This document shows positions 35,813 to 45,036 of a stretch of 64,000 nucleotides of DNA, piece after piece. Position numbers and translations under genes: made by a program. How positions within the stretch are numbered: the stretch's first letter is position 1; every line of letters starts with the position of its first letter. This DNA is from an uncultured Nocardioides sp. Its GTDB lineage: Bacteria; Actinomycetota; Actinomycetes; Propionibacteriales; Nocardioidaceae. The notes below the pieces were generated by a model. It ran no database searches, had not been told where the DNA came from, and saw only the letters and a program-made list of their open reading frames with translations. The stretch lies in the NCBI RefSeq assembly GCF_937982615.1, contig NZ_CALJLL010000190.1; one strand, 5' to 3'.

Positions 35813-35817
35813 CTTGA

Positions 35818-35904
35818 TGGTGCGCGAGGGGGGAGTTGAACCCCCACGTCCTTTCGGACACACGGACCTGAACCGTGCGCGTCTGCCTATTCCGCCACTC
35901 GCGC
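35818..35904 (-). tRNA. tRNA-Leu (anticodon CAG), CCA encoded
   Basis: The cloverleaf was folded by hand. The acceptor stem is GCGCGAG/CTCGCGC. The anticodon stem CACGG/CCGTG carries the loop TTCAGGT. There is a long variable arm, a T-arm GGGGG-TTCAACT-CCCCC, and A73-CCA. Its position upstream of fhaA matches leuT synteny in mycobacteria. Confidence 0.9.
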
Positions 35905-36106
35905 GTGAAGCGGCCCAAGGTTAGCCCAGGCCGGGAACCCCGACCAAAAGCCGAGTGCGAGAACCGCGGCCCCCCTCGTCGGCGTCCACCAGGGAGAACG
36001 GGTACCCCGATACAGTCGTGGAGGACCGCCGGTGGCACGCAGCGGCTGGTTGTCGTGCCTCGACGAGCTGGGAACGACCCCGGGACGACAGAGGAAAGGA
36101 GACGCC

Positions 36107-36859
36107 GTGGGCGCGCTGCAGCGGTTCGAGCAGCGGCTGGAGAGCCTCATCTCCGGCGTCTTCGCGCGCGCGTTCCGGAGCGCGGTGCAGCCGGTCGAGA
36201 TCGCGGCGGCGCTCCAGCGCGAGTGCGACAACAACGCGCAGATCCTCAGCCGCGAACGCCGGATGGTGCCCAACGACTTCCACGTCGAGCTGAGCCAGGC
36301 CGACCTCGATCGGCTCGCGCCGTACGACACCGCGCTCGCCGACGAGCTGACCCACCAGGTCCAGGACCATGCGCAGAGCCAGGGCTATATCTTCCCCGGC
36401 CCGATCGCGGTCGAGTTCGAGAAGGCCGACGACCTCAGCACCGGCCGGTTCCGGATCCGCTCCCGGGCGCAGGCGCGGGTCCAGAGCAACGCCACCCACA
36501 CGCAGGTACGCCGAGCGCGGGCGGTCCTCGAGATCAACCGCACCCGACACCCACTCCAGCCACCCGGGCTGGTCGTCGGTCGTGGCACCGAGGCCGACGT
36601 CCGCATCAACGACCCCGGGGTCAGCCGCCGGCACATCGAGTTCGACGTACGCACCGGTCCGCAGCAGGGCCGCGACGACCTCCAGATCGAGGTCCGCGAC
36701 CTCGGTTCCACCAACGGCATGCTCATCGACGGGCACAAGGTCACCCGCGCCGGCGTCCGTGACGGGAGCCAGGTCCGGATCGGCAACACCACGATGACCG
36801 TCCGGATCCTCGAAGAGGGGGACGAGGACGACGCTCTCGAACAGGCCTTCGGTATTTAG
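36107..36859 (+). CDS. fhaA: FHA-domain protein FhaA (DUF3662 N-terminus + C-terminal FHA)
   Basis: Part of track ORF 36032..36859, with GTG 36107 preceded by GGAAAGGAG. The N-terminus reads GALQRFEQRLESLISGVFARAF. The FHA part reads GRGTEADVRINDPGVSRRH...STNG. Confidence 0.85.
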   Translation: MGALQRFEQRLESLISGVFARAFRSAVQPVEIAAALQRECDNNAQILSRERRMVPNDFHVELSQADLDRLAPYDTALADELTHQVQDHAQSQGYIFPGPIAVEFEKADDLSTGRFRIRSRAQARVQSNATHTQVRRARAVLEINRTRHPLQPPGLVVGRGTEADVRINDPGVSRRHIEFDVRTGPQQGRDDLQIEVRDLGSTNGMLIDGHKVTRAGVRDGSQVRIGNTTMTVRILEEGDEDDALEQAFGI

Positions 36860-36861
36860 AG

Positions 36862-37338
36862 ATGTCTGAGCTCACCCTCTTCCTGATCCGGGTCGCCTAC
36901 CTGGCGATCCTGTGGATCTTCGTGCTCTCCGCGATCTCGGTGATCCGCTCCGACATGTTCGGTGCCCGGGTGCCCGAGGCGGCCCGCGGCGCTGAGGCGC
37001 GCAAGGAGAAGCGCAAGGCCCAGAAGGCGCCGCCGAAGCGGCGCGGCAGCCCGACCCACGTCGTGGTCACGGAGGGCGGCAACGCCGGCCAGCGGGCCGA
37101 GCTCGACCAGGCCCCCATCCTCATCGGCCGCGGCAGCGACGCCGCCATCAAGCTCGACGACGACTACGTCAGCACCCGGCACGCCCGGATCGCCGCCTCC
37201 GGCGACCAGTGGTTCGTCGAGGACCTCGGCTCCACCAACGGCACCTATATCGGCACTGTCCGCATCACCCAGCCGACCACCATCACCCTCGGCACCCAGG
37301 TCCGCATCGGCAAGACGATCCTGGAGCTCAGGAAGTAG
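36862..37338 (+). CDS. fhaB: FHA-domain membrane protein FhaB/FipA
   Basis: Track ORF of 158 aa with an N-terminal TM helix. The FHA part reads IGRGSDAAIKLDDDYVSTRHARI...STNGTY. Confidence 0.85.
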   Translation: MSELTLFLIRVAYLAILWIFVLSAISVIRSDMFGARVPEAARGAEARKEKRKAQKAPPKRRGSPTHVVVTEGGNAGQRAELDQAPILIGRGSDAAIKLDDDYVSTRHARIAASGDQWFVEDLGSTNGTYIGTVRITQPTTITLGTQVRIGKTILELRK

Positions 37339-37342
37339 CGGC

Positions 37343-38662
37343 GTGGCCAAGCTCGACTTCTCCGCGATCTCCGACGTGGGTCGCGTCCGGAAGGACAACC
37401 AGGACTCCGGGTACGTCGGCCCGCACCTGATCGCCGTGTGCGACGGGGTCGGCGGTGCCGCGCGGGGTGACATCGCCTCCAGCACCGCGATCGCCCAGCT
37501 CCGCAAGCTGGAGGAGCACCCGCCCGGACCCGACGCCACCGACACCGACCTGCTCGGCCTGGTCAGCAACGCCCTGCACCGGGCCCATGACCGGATCGCC
37601 GAGCTGGTCGACGACAACCCGGCCCTCGACGGCACCAGCACCACCGCGACGATCGCGCTGTTCGAGGGGCATCGCATCGCCATGGGCCATGTCGGCGACA
37701 GCCGCGCCTACCTCTTCCGCGACGGAGAGATCCGGCAGATCACCACCGACCACACCTTCGTGCAGACCCTGATCGACGAGGGCCGGATCACCGAGGAGGA
37801 GGCGCGCGTCCACCCGCACCGCAACCTCATCCTCCGGGCCATCGACGGCAACCACGACCTCGACCCCGACCTGTTCGTGCTCCCCGTCCAGTTGGGCGAC
37901 CGGCTGCTCCTGTGCAGCGACGGCGCCAGCGGAGTCCTCGACGCCGGCCGGCTGGCCGACATCCTCTCCACCGGCTCCCCCGACTACGCCGCGGTCGAAC
38001 TGGTCCGCGCCAGCCTCGAGGCAGGCAGCTCCGACAACGTGACTTGCCTGGTCGCCGACGTGGTCGAGGGCGACCCCGATGATGCGCCCGCACGCCCGCT
38101 GCTGGTCGGCGCGGCCGCAGACATGCGCGCGCGCCGTACCCGCGCCGGAAAGGCCACCGCCAAGTCCGGCAGCCTGTTCCGCGGCCATCGCGCGGGCGAC
38201 ACCGGCGAGCTCGAACCGGTCCAGGCTGAGATCCCCGACGAGGTGGGCTTCGCGATCTCGAGCGACCCCATCATCGAGCGCGACCACGATCCCGAAGCGG
38301 TGCGCTACGCGCCGCGCGCGCCGGGCCGCTACCTCTGGCTCAGTCGGCTGCTGGTGCTCGCCGTGGTGGTCGGCGTGGTCTGGATCCTCGCCGCTGCCGC
38401 GTGGTCGTGGAGCCAGCAGCAGTACTTCGTCGGAGAGCAGGACGGCACCGTGGTCATCTACCGCGGCGTCGACACCTCGCTGCCGGGCATCGACCTGTCG
38501 CATCCCTATCTCACGACCAACGTGCAGCTCGACCGGCTCTCCGACTTCGAGGCCCAGAACGTGCGCGAGGGCATCGACGCCACCAGCCTCGAGGACGCGA
38601 GGCACACCGTGGAGAGCCTCGCCGAGAAGATGTCGCCCGTGCCCGCGGGGAGTTCCAGCTGA
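37343..38662 (+). CDS. pstP: PP2C-family Ser/Thr phosphatase PstP
   Basis: Part of track ORF 36962..38662, with a GTG start at VAKLDFSAISDVGRVRKDNQDS. It contains CDGVGG and SDNVT, and a C-terminal TM helix. Confidence 0.85.
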   Translation: MAKLDFSAISDVGRVRKDNQDSGYVGPHLIAVCDGVGGAARGDIASSTAIAQLRKLEEHPPGPDATDTDLLGLVSNALHRAHDRIAELVDDNPALDGTSTTATIALFEGHRIAMGHVGDSRAYLFRDGEIRQITTDHTFVQTLIDEGRITEEEARVHPHRNLILRAIDGNHDLDPDLFVLPVQLGDRLLLCSDGASGVLDAGRLADILSTGSPDYAAVELVRASLEAGSSDNVTCLVADVVEGDPDDAPARPLLVGAAADMRARRTRAGKATAKSGSLFRGHRAGDTGELEPVQAEIPDEVGFAISSDPIIERDHDPEAVRYAPRAPGRYLWLSRLLVLAVVVGVVWILAAAAWSWSQQQYFVGEQDGTVVIYRGVDTSLPGIDLSHPYLTTNVQLDRLSDFEAQNVREGIDATSLEDARHTVESLAEKMSPVPAGSSS

Positions 38663-40065
38663 TGTCGCAGGCAGGGTTCGTGATGGGCTTCGTGCACCGG
38701 CGCCGCCGGGGTGCGGAGCTGTTCCTGCTGATCCTGGCGCTGGCCGTCGGCATCGGCGCGTACGCCGCCGTCGGCATCGGCGTCCAGGGCGAGGTGCCGC
38801 CCGACATCATCGCCTACGGTGCCGGGCTCACCGCACTCGCGCTCGCGGCGCACATCACGGTCCGGTTCGTCGCGCCGTACGCCGACCCGGTGCTGCTGCC
38901 CGTCGTCACCGCCCTCAACGGGCTCGGGCTCGCCGTCATCCACCGGCTCGACCTCGCGTACGCCGACATGCCGCTCAAGCCGCACGGGCTGCCCCAGAAG
39001 CAGCTGACCTGGATGACGCTCGGGGTGGTGCTCTTCATCGTCACCCTCGTGCTGCTGCGCGACCACCGCGTGCTGACCCGGTTCACCTACACCTGCGGCC
39101 TGGCCGCGATCGTGCTACTCCTGCTGCCGCTGGTCCCGGGCGTCGGAGCCACCATCAACGGCGCCCGGATCTGGATCAGCCTCGGCCCGTTCAGCTTCCA
39201 GCCCGGCGAGGTCGCCAAGGTGCTCCTGGTCGTGGCCTTCGCGGGCTACCTCGTCCTGCATCGCGACGCCCTGGCGCTGGCCGGCCGACGGGTCGCGGGC
39301 ATCGACCTGCCCCGGGGCCGCGACCTCGGCCCGATCCTGGTCATGTGGCTGGTCAGCCTCGGCATCCTGATCTTCCAGCGCGACCTCGGCTCGAGCCTGC
39401 TGTTCTTCGGCCTCTTCCTGGTCATGCTGTACGTCGCCACAGAGCGGCCCGGCTGGCTGGTCGTCGGTGCCCTGCTGTTCGCCGGCGGGGCAGCGATGGC
39501 CTATCAGCTCTTCGGGCACGTCCAGAACCGCGTCAACATCTGGCTCGATCCGATGCCCTACTTCGACAAGACCCCCGGCAGCGGTCAGATCGTCGAGTCC
39601 CTCTTCGGCATGGCGTGGGGCGGCCTGATCGGCCGTGGCTTCGGCGGCGGCAGCCCGTGGCGGGTCCCGTTCGCCGAGTCCGACTTCATCATCGGCGCGA
39701 TCGGTGAGGAGCTCGGACTCACCGGCGTCATGGCGGTGATCCTCTGCTACGGCCTGATCGTCGAGCGCGCCCTACGCGCAGCCCTGATCTGTCGCGACGG
39801 CTTCGGCAAGCTGATGGCCACCGGCCTGGCCGCGGTCTTCGCGCTCCAGGTGTTCGTGGTCATCGGCGGCGTGACCCGGCTGATCCCGCTCACCGGGCTC
39901 ACCACGCCGTTCCTCTCCTACGGCGGCTCCTCGCTGGTGGCCAACTGGGTGATGATCGCGCTGCTGCTGCGGATCTCCGACCAGGCCCGCAGCCCGGTCC
40001 CCGATCTCTCGGCGCCCGAGACCGACGAGGCTGACGAGCAGGCCACCCAGGTGGTCAAGCTATGA
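38662..40065 (+). CDS. rodA: FtsW/RodA/SpoVE-family peptidoglycan polymerase
   Basis: Part of track ORF 38401..40065; the ATG overlaps the pstP stop. The protein is polytopic, with QPGEVAKV and GLTTPFLSYGGSS. Confidence 0.85.
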   Translation: MSQAGFVMGFVHRRRRGAELFLLILALAVGIGAYAAVGIGVQGEVPPDIIAYGAGLTALALAAHITVRFVAPYADPVLLPVVTALNGLGLAVIHRLDLAYADMPLKPHGLPQKQLTWMTLGVVLFIVTLVLLRDHRVLTRFTYTCGLAAIVLLLLPLVPGVGATINGARIWISLGPFSFQPGEVAKVLLVVAFAGYLVLHRDALALAGRRVAGIDLPRGRDLGPILVMWLVSLGILIFQRDLGSSLLFFGLFLVMLYVATERPGWLVVGALLFAGGAAMAYQLFGHVQNRVNIWLDPMPYFDKTPGSGQIVESLFGMAWGGLIGRGFGGGSPWRVPFAESDFIIGAIGEELGLTGVMAVILCYGLIVERALRAALICRDGFGKLMATGLAAVFALQVFVVIGGVTRLIPLTGLTTPFLSYGGSSLVANWVMIALLLRISDQARSPVPDLSAPETDEADEQATQVVKL

Positions 40066-41528
40066 ACAAGCCCATCAGGACCATCTCGATCTTCTGCCTG
40101 CTGCTGTTCGTGGCACTGCTGGTCAACGCCACCTGGCTGCAGTACTGGAAAGCCGACTCCTACGACAAGGACCCGCGCAACCGGCGGGTCATCGAGGCCG
40201 CCTACTCCCGCGAGCGGGGCGCGATCCTGGTCGGTCGCGATCCGGTGGCCGAGAGCGTCGAGTCCAACGACAAGTACGACTTCCTGCGCACCTACTCCGA
40301 GCCGTTCAAGTACTCCCACGTGACCGGCTACTTCTCCTTCTTCGACCAGACCGGGATCGAGCGCTCCCAGAACGCCGTCCTCTCCGGCGACGACGACGTG
40401 CTGTTCGTCAACAAGCTCGTCGACCTGCTCTCCAACCGCTCCGGCAAGGGTGGCAACGTCGTGCTCACCCTCGACCGCGATGCGCAGGACGCCGCCTACG
40501 AGAGCCTCTCCGCGCTGCCCGGCGACGTCGAGGCCTCGGTCCTCGCGATCCAGCCCAGCACCGGCAAGATCCTCGCGATGGCCTCGCTGCCCGACTTCGA
40601 CCCCAACAAGCTCGCGTCCCACGACTTCGACGCGGTCCGCAAGGAGTACGACCGCCTCGACGCCGACGAGTCCGAGCCGCTGCTCAACCGCTCGATCCAG
40701 ATGACGCTGCCGCCCGGGTCGACGTTCAAGCTGGTGACGGCGGCCGCCGCGATCGAGAGCGGGAAGTACGACGCCGACAGCGAGGTCCCCGGCGGGCCGA
40801 CGTACCAACTCCCCCAGACCAGCGGCGAGAGCGGCCTGATCGACAACGAGGGTCGCAGCTGCGGCACCGACACCATCCCGTTCAGCCAGGCCATGGAGCA
40901 GTCCTGCAACACGACGTTCGCGCAGCTCGGCGTCGAGCTCGGCAGCGACGCCCTGCAGGAGCAGGCTGAGAAGTTCGGCTTCAACCAGCGCTACCTCACC
41001 GACATCGGCCCGCAGACGATCTCGAACTTCCCGTCCGACATGAACCCGCCGGAGACCGGACAGGCCGCGATCGGCCAGTTCGAGGTGCGCGCCAGTCCGC
41101 TGCAGATGGCGATGGTCGCCGCCGGCATCGCCAACCAGGGGATCGTGATGAAGCCCTACATCGTCGACTCGATCCAGTCACCCGAGCTCGAGACGCTGCG
41201 CCAGACCGAGCCGGAGGAGCTCGGCCGGGCCGTATCGCCCGAGACCGCGGACGGCGTGACCCAGCTGATGGTCGACACCGTCGAGAACGGTACGGCGGCA
41301 CCGGGCGCGATCCCGGGCGTGACGGTCGCGGGCAAGACCGGCACCGCGCAGAGCGGGCAGGACGACGTGCCGCCGTACGCCTGGTACGTCTCGTTCGCGC
41401 CCGCCCAGGACCCGGAGGTCGCAGTCGCGGTGATGATCCAGAGCGCCGGCATCCCGCGCGGCGAGATCGCCGGCGGCACGTACGGCGGACCGATCGCGAA
41501 GGCAGTCATGGAGGCGGTGATCAAGTGA
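40062..41528 (+). CDS. pbpA: Class B penicillin-binding protein (transpeptidase) PbpA
   Basis: Track ORF of 488 aa with the motifs STFK, SCN and KTGT. A 4-nt overlap joins it to rodA. Confidence 0.9.
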   Translation: MNKPIRTISIFCLLLFVALLVNATWLQYWKADSYDKDPRNRRVIEAAYSRERGAILVGRDPVAESVESNDKYDFLRTYSEPFKYSHVTGYFSFFDQTGIERSQNAVLSGDDDVLFVNKLVDLLSNRSGKGGNVVLTLDRDAQDAAYESLSALPGDVEASVLAIQPSTGKILAMASLPDFDPNKLASHDFDAVRKEYDRLDADESEPLLNRSIQMTLPPGSTFKLVTAAAAIESGKYDADSEVPGGPTYQLPQTSGESGLIDNEGRSCGTDTIPFSQAMEQSCNTTFAQLGVELGSDALQEQAEKFGFNQRYLTDIGPQTISNFPSDMNPPETGQAAIGQFEVRASPLQMAMVAAGIANQGIVMKPYIVDSIQSPELETLRQTEPEELGRAVSPETADGVTQLMVDTVENGTAAPGAIPGVTVAGKTGTAQSGQDDVPPYAWYVSFAPAQDPEVAVAVMIQSAGIPRGEIAGGTYGGPIAKAVMEAVIK

Positions 41529-43117
41529 GCACACCTCACGATCCAGGCAACGACCCGAGCCAAGGCCCCAGCCAGGAGCCGGCGCGGTTCGTCGACGACC
41601 AGCACCGCTATCGACTCGAGTCGCGCATCGCCACCGGCGGCATGGGCGAGGTGTGGCGGGCCAGCGACACCGCGCTCGGCCGCGAGGTCGCGGTCAAGGT
41701 GTTGAAGAGCGAGTACGCCGACGACGCGCTGTTCCGGACGCGGTTCGAGACCGAGGCCCGGCACGCTGCCTCGCTCCACCATCCCGGAGTCGCCTCGGTC
41801 TACGACGTGGGCGAGTCCGCGCTGCTCGGACGCGAGGACGGCTCGGCCATCCCGCGGCCGTTCCTGGTCATGGAGCTCGTCGACGGGCAGCCGCTGTCGG
41901 CGCTGCTGCGCGGCGGCCGGCCGCTCGACCCCTCGGTGGTCCGCGACCTGATGGCCCAGGCCGCCGACGCGATCGGCGCGGCGCACCAGGCCGGCATCGT
42001 GCACCGAGACGTCAAGCCAGCCAACCTGCTGGTCACCCCCGACCGGCGGATCAAGATCACCGACTTCGGTATCGCCCGCGCCTCCGACGGACTCGGCCTC
42101 ACCGGCACCGGCCAGGTGATGGGCACCCCGCAGTACCTCTCCCCCGAGCAGGCGCGAGGCGCCGTCGCCACCCCGGCCTCCGACGTCTACTCGCTCGGCG
42201 TGGTGGCCTTCGAGTGCCTCGCCGGACGCCGGCCCTTCGACGCCGACTCCCCGGTTGCGACCGCGTTGGCCCACCTCAACGAGCCGGTCCCCGACCTGCC
42301 CCGCTCGGTCCCCGCCGACCTCGCCACCGTGGTGCGCCGGGCGCTGGCCAAGGACCCCGCCGACCGGTACGCCGACGGCGATGCCCTGGCCGTGGCGCTC
42401 CGTGACCCGGCGGCCGCCGCGGCGGCGTACGTCCCGCCGAGCGCGGAGGACCACACGCAGGTCATGGGCGCGGTCCCGCCGGTCGCTCCAGCACCGACGC
42501 CCGTGGCCGATCCCGAGCCCGACGAGGAACGCCGTTCGGCATGGCCGATCGTGCTGCTGGTGATCGGGCTGGTGGCCGCCATCTTGCTGATCGTCTGGCT
42601 GATCGCGAGCGCCAACGACGGTGACGACGAGCCCTCTGACACCGGCTCGACGAGCGCGAGTGTCAGCTCCTCCGCACCCAGCAGCGCGGACACCCCGAGC
42701 CAGGAGACCAGCTCGGCTCCGGCCGAGGTCCAGATCAACGCGCAGGACTACCTCGGTCGGCCCGTGGACGAGGTGAGCGCCGAGCTGCGGGCCAAGGGCC
42801 TCGAGGTCGACGCCCGGCCGGTCGACAACCCGGGGGGCAAGGACGCCGACACGGTCGCGGCTGTGCGGCCGACGGCCGGTCTGGTCGAGGGGGACACCGT
42901 CATCGTGGAGTTCTACCGCGAGGCGGAGCCGACCACGCCGCCGCCGTCCAGTGACACCGGCAGCCCCACACCGTCCGACACGAGCACGCCGTCGACATCG
43001 AACACGCCGAGCCCGTCGGCGTCCGCGGACGGCCAAGACCCGACCACCTCGGACCCGGCCTCGGTCTCGGCTGCCGCTGCGCCGGCCTCCGGGCCCACAT
43101 CCGGAGGAGCGCGATGA
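41525..43117 (+). CDS. pknA: Ser/Thr protein kinase (PknA position) with a TM helix and one PASTA-like extracellular domain
   Basis: Track ORF of 530 aa with GGMGEVW, VAVKVL and HRDVKPANLL. The TM helix is WPIVLLVIGLVAAILLIVWLIA. The PASTA-like segment runs VQINAQDYLGRPVDEVSAELRAKGLEV...GDTVIVEF. Confidence 0.85.
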   Translation: MSTPHDPGNDPSQGPSQEPARFVDDQHRYRLESRIATGGMGEVWRASDTALGREVAVKVLKSEYADDALFRTRFETEARHAASLHHPGVASVYDVGESALLGREDGSAIPRPFLVMELVDGQPLSALLRGGRPLDPSVVRDLMAQAADAIGAAHQAGIVHRDVKPANLLVTPDRRIKITDFGIARASDGLGLTGTGQVMGTPQYLSPEQARGAVATPASDVYSLGVVAFECLAGRRPFDADSPVATALAHLNEPVPDLPRSVPADLATVVRRALAKDPADRYADGDALAVALRDPAAAAAAYVPPSAEDHTQVMGAVPPVAPAPTPVADPEPDEERRSAWPIVLLVIGLVAAILLIVWLIASANDGDDEPSDTGSTSASVSSSAPSSADTPSQETSSAPAEVQINAQDYLGRPVDEVSAELRAKGLEVDARPVDNPGGKDADTVAAVRPTAGLVEGDTVIVEFYREAEPTTPPPSSDTGSPTPSDTSTPSTSNTPSPSASADGQDPTTSDPASVSAAAAPASGPTSGGAR

Positions 43118-45036
43118 GCGACACCCCGCCCGGCCCACCGCCGCCGCCGCCGACGGAACCACCTGCGGGACCGCCGCCCACGGCGCCGGTCGCGTCGACG
43201 CCATCTACGTCATCGACATCATCGACGCCGTCGACGCACGGCCTGGTCGGCGGCCGCTACGAGCTGGGCGAGTTGCTCGGCCGCGGCGGGATGGCCGAGG
43301 TGCGCAAGGGGCACGACACCCGGCTGGGCCGCGTGGTGGCGATCAAGCGACTCCGCACCGACCTGGCCAGCGACGCGACCTTCCAGGCCCGCTTTCGGCG
43401 TGAGGCGCAGAGTGCCGCCTCGCTCAACCACCCCGCCATCGTCGCCGTCTACGACACCGGAGAGGAGCCGGCGTCCGACGGCAGCGGCGTCTCCCAGCCC
43501 TACATCGTCATGGAGTTCGTCGCCGGCCGGACCCTGCGCGACATCCTGCGCGAGGGCCGCAAGATCCTGCCCGAGCGTGCGCTCGAGATCACCAGCGGCG
43601 TGCTCTCGGCCCTCGACTACAGCCACCGCGCCGGCATCATCCATCGCGACATCAAGCCCGGCAACGTCATGCTCACCCCGAGCGGCGACGTCAAGGTCAT
43701 GGACTTCGGCATCGCGCGCGCGATGAGCGACTCCAACACGATGACGCAGACCGCCGCGGTGGTCGGCACCGCCCAGTACCTCTCCCCCGAGCAGGCCCGC
43801 GGTGAGACGGTCGACTCCCGCTCCGACGTCTACTCCGCCGGCTGCCTGCTCTACGAACTCCTCACCGGCCGGCCGCCGTTCGTCGGCGACAGCCCGGTGG
43901 CGGTGGCCTATCAACATGTCCGGGAGCCGGCCCGGCCGCCGTCCGACCACGACACCGAGCTGCCTCCGGCCGTCGACGCGATCGTGATGAAGGCGCTGGC
44001 CAAGCGGCTCGAGGACCGCTACCAGTCCGCCGCGGCGATGCGCAGCGACATCGAGCGCTACCTCGCCGGCCGACCGGTGCAGGCGCCGGTGCCCGTCGCC
44101 GTACCCACCCCGCCCCCCGCCGTGATCGACACCAGCACCGCGGTGCGGCCGCCGGTGCCGCCCGAGGAGTACGTCGAGCAGGACGACTACGAGACCAGCC
44201 GGCGCCCCCGCACCAGCGTGCTGATCCTGCTCGGTTTGCTGATCCTGGCGCTGATCGCCGGCGCCTGGGTCGCACTGCGCAGCGACCTGTTCGAGTCGGC
44301 CCCCGAGCAGGAGCAGGTTCCCAGCCTGATCGGCCTGACCGAGGAGCAGGCCCGCGACGCGATCGTCGACGCAGGGCTGAGCGTCGGGGGCGTCGACTTC
44401 GACACCAGTGAAGATGTCGCAGAGGGCATGGTGATCAGCCAGACGCCCAACCGCGACCAGTACGTCGACCCCGGGACCTCGGTCGACATCGTGATCTCGT
44501 CGGGCAAGCCGACCGTCCAGGTGCCGTTCCTGGTCGGCAAGACCCAGGACGAGGCGCGCAACGCGCTGCGCACCGCCAAGCTCAAGCCGACCTTCGAGTC
44601 GGTCGAGTCCGACGAGCCCCAGGGGCAGGTGCTGTCGACCAGTCCGGAGGCCGGCACGGAGGTCGAGCAGAACAGCGCCGTCCAGGTCACGATCAGCAAG
44701 GGGCCGGTCAAGGTGCCCGACGTGGTCGGCAAGAACCGCTCCGATGCGATCCAGGAGATCCTGGCCGCGGGGTTCAAGTTCGACATCCGGGGCGACGACC
44801 GGTCGACCGAGCCACGCGGCACGGTCACCGACCAGCTACCGCCCGGCGGTCAGCCGCAGCCCCAGGGCACGGTGATCACGCTGTTCGTCTCCACCTACGA
44901 GCCGCCTCCGCCGCCGCCCGAGACGCCACCCACCGAGCCGACGGAGACTCCGCCGACCGAGACTCCACCTGCCCAAGGTCAGCGCGCTACCGCGCACCAC
45001 CCTTTCCGGACGGTGCCACCGGCGTCGCGTAGCTGA
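43114..45036 (+). CDS. pknB: Ser/Thr protein kinase PknB with three PASTA domains and a Pro-rich N-terminal extension
   Basis: Track ORF of 640 aa with an ATGA overlap to pknA. There is no alternative start before the kinase domain (RYELGELLGRGGMAEV; HRDIKPGNVM). The three PASTA repeats start at VPSLIG, VPFLVG and VPDVVG. Confidence 0.9.
   Translation: MSDTPPGPPPPPPTEPPAGPPPTAPVASTPSTSSTSSTPSTHGLVGGRYELGELLGRGGMAEVRKGHDTRLGRVVAIKRLRTDLASDATFQARFRREAQSAASLNHPAIVAVYDTGEEPASDGSGVSQPYIVMEFVAGRTLRDILREGRKILPERALEITSGVLSALDYSHRAGIIHRDIKPGNVMLTPSGDVKVMDFGIARAMSDSNTMTQTAAVVGTAQYLSPEQARGETVDSRSDVYSAGCLLYELLTGRPPFVGDSPVAVAYQHVREPARPPSDHDTELPPAVDAIVMKALAKRLEDRYQSAAAMRSDIERYLAGRPVQAPVPVAVPTPPPAVIDTSTAVRPPVPPEEYVEQDDYETSRRPRTSVLILLGLLILALIAGAWVALRSDLFESAPEQEQVPSLIGLTEEQARDAIVDAGLSVGGVDFDTSEDVAEGMVISQTPNRDQYVDPGTSVDIVISSGKPTVQVPFLVGKTQDEARNALRTAKLKPTFESVESDEPQGQVLSTSPEAGTEVEQNSAVQVTISKGPVKVPDVVGKNRSDAIQEILAAGFKFDIRGDDRSTEPRGTVTDQLPPGGQPQPQGTVITLFVSTYEPPPPPPETPPTEPTETPPTETPPAQGQRATAHHPFRTVPPASRS

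Noticed and set aside
41156-43204. A 682-aa minus-strand ORF. The same applies to 56594-59098 (834 aa), 53537-55261 (574 aa), 8955-10250, 10247-11353, 11019-12182, 37328-38605 and 48242-49924.
   Set aside because: All are low-complexity R/G/P/D-rich translations antisense to, or out of frame with, genes that carry clear family motifs. They are artefacts of the high GC content.
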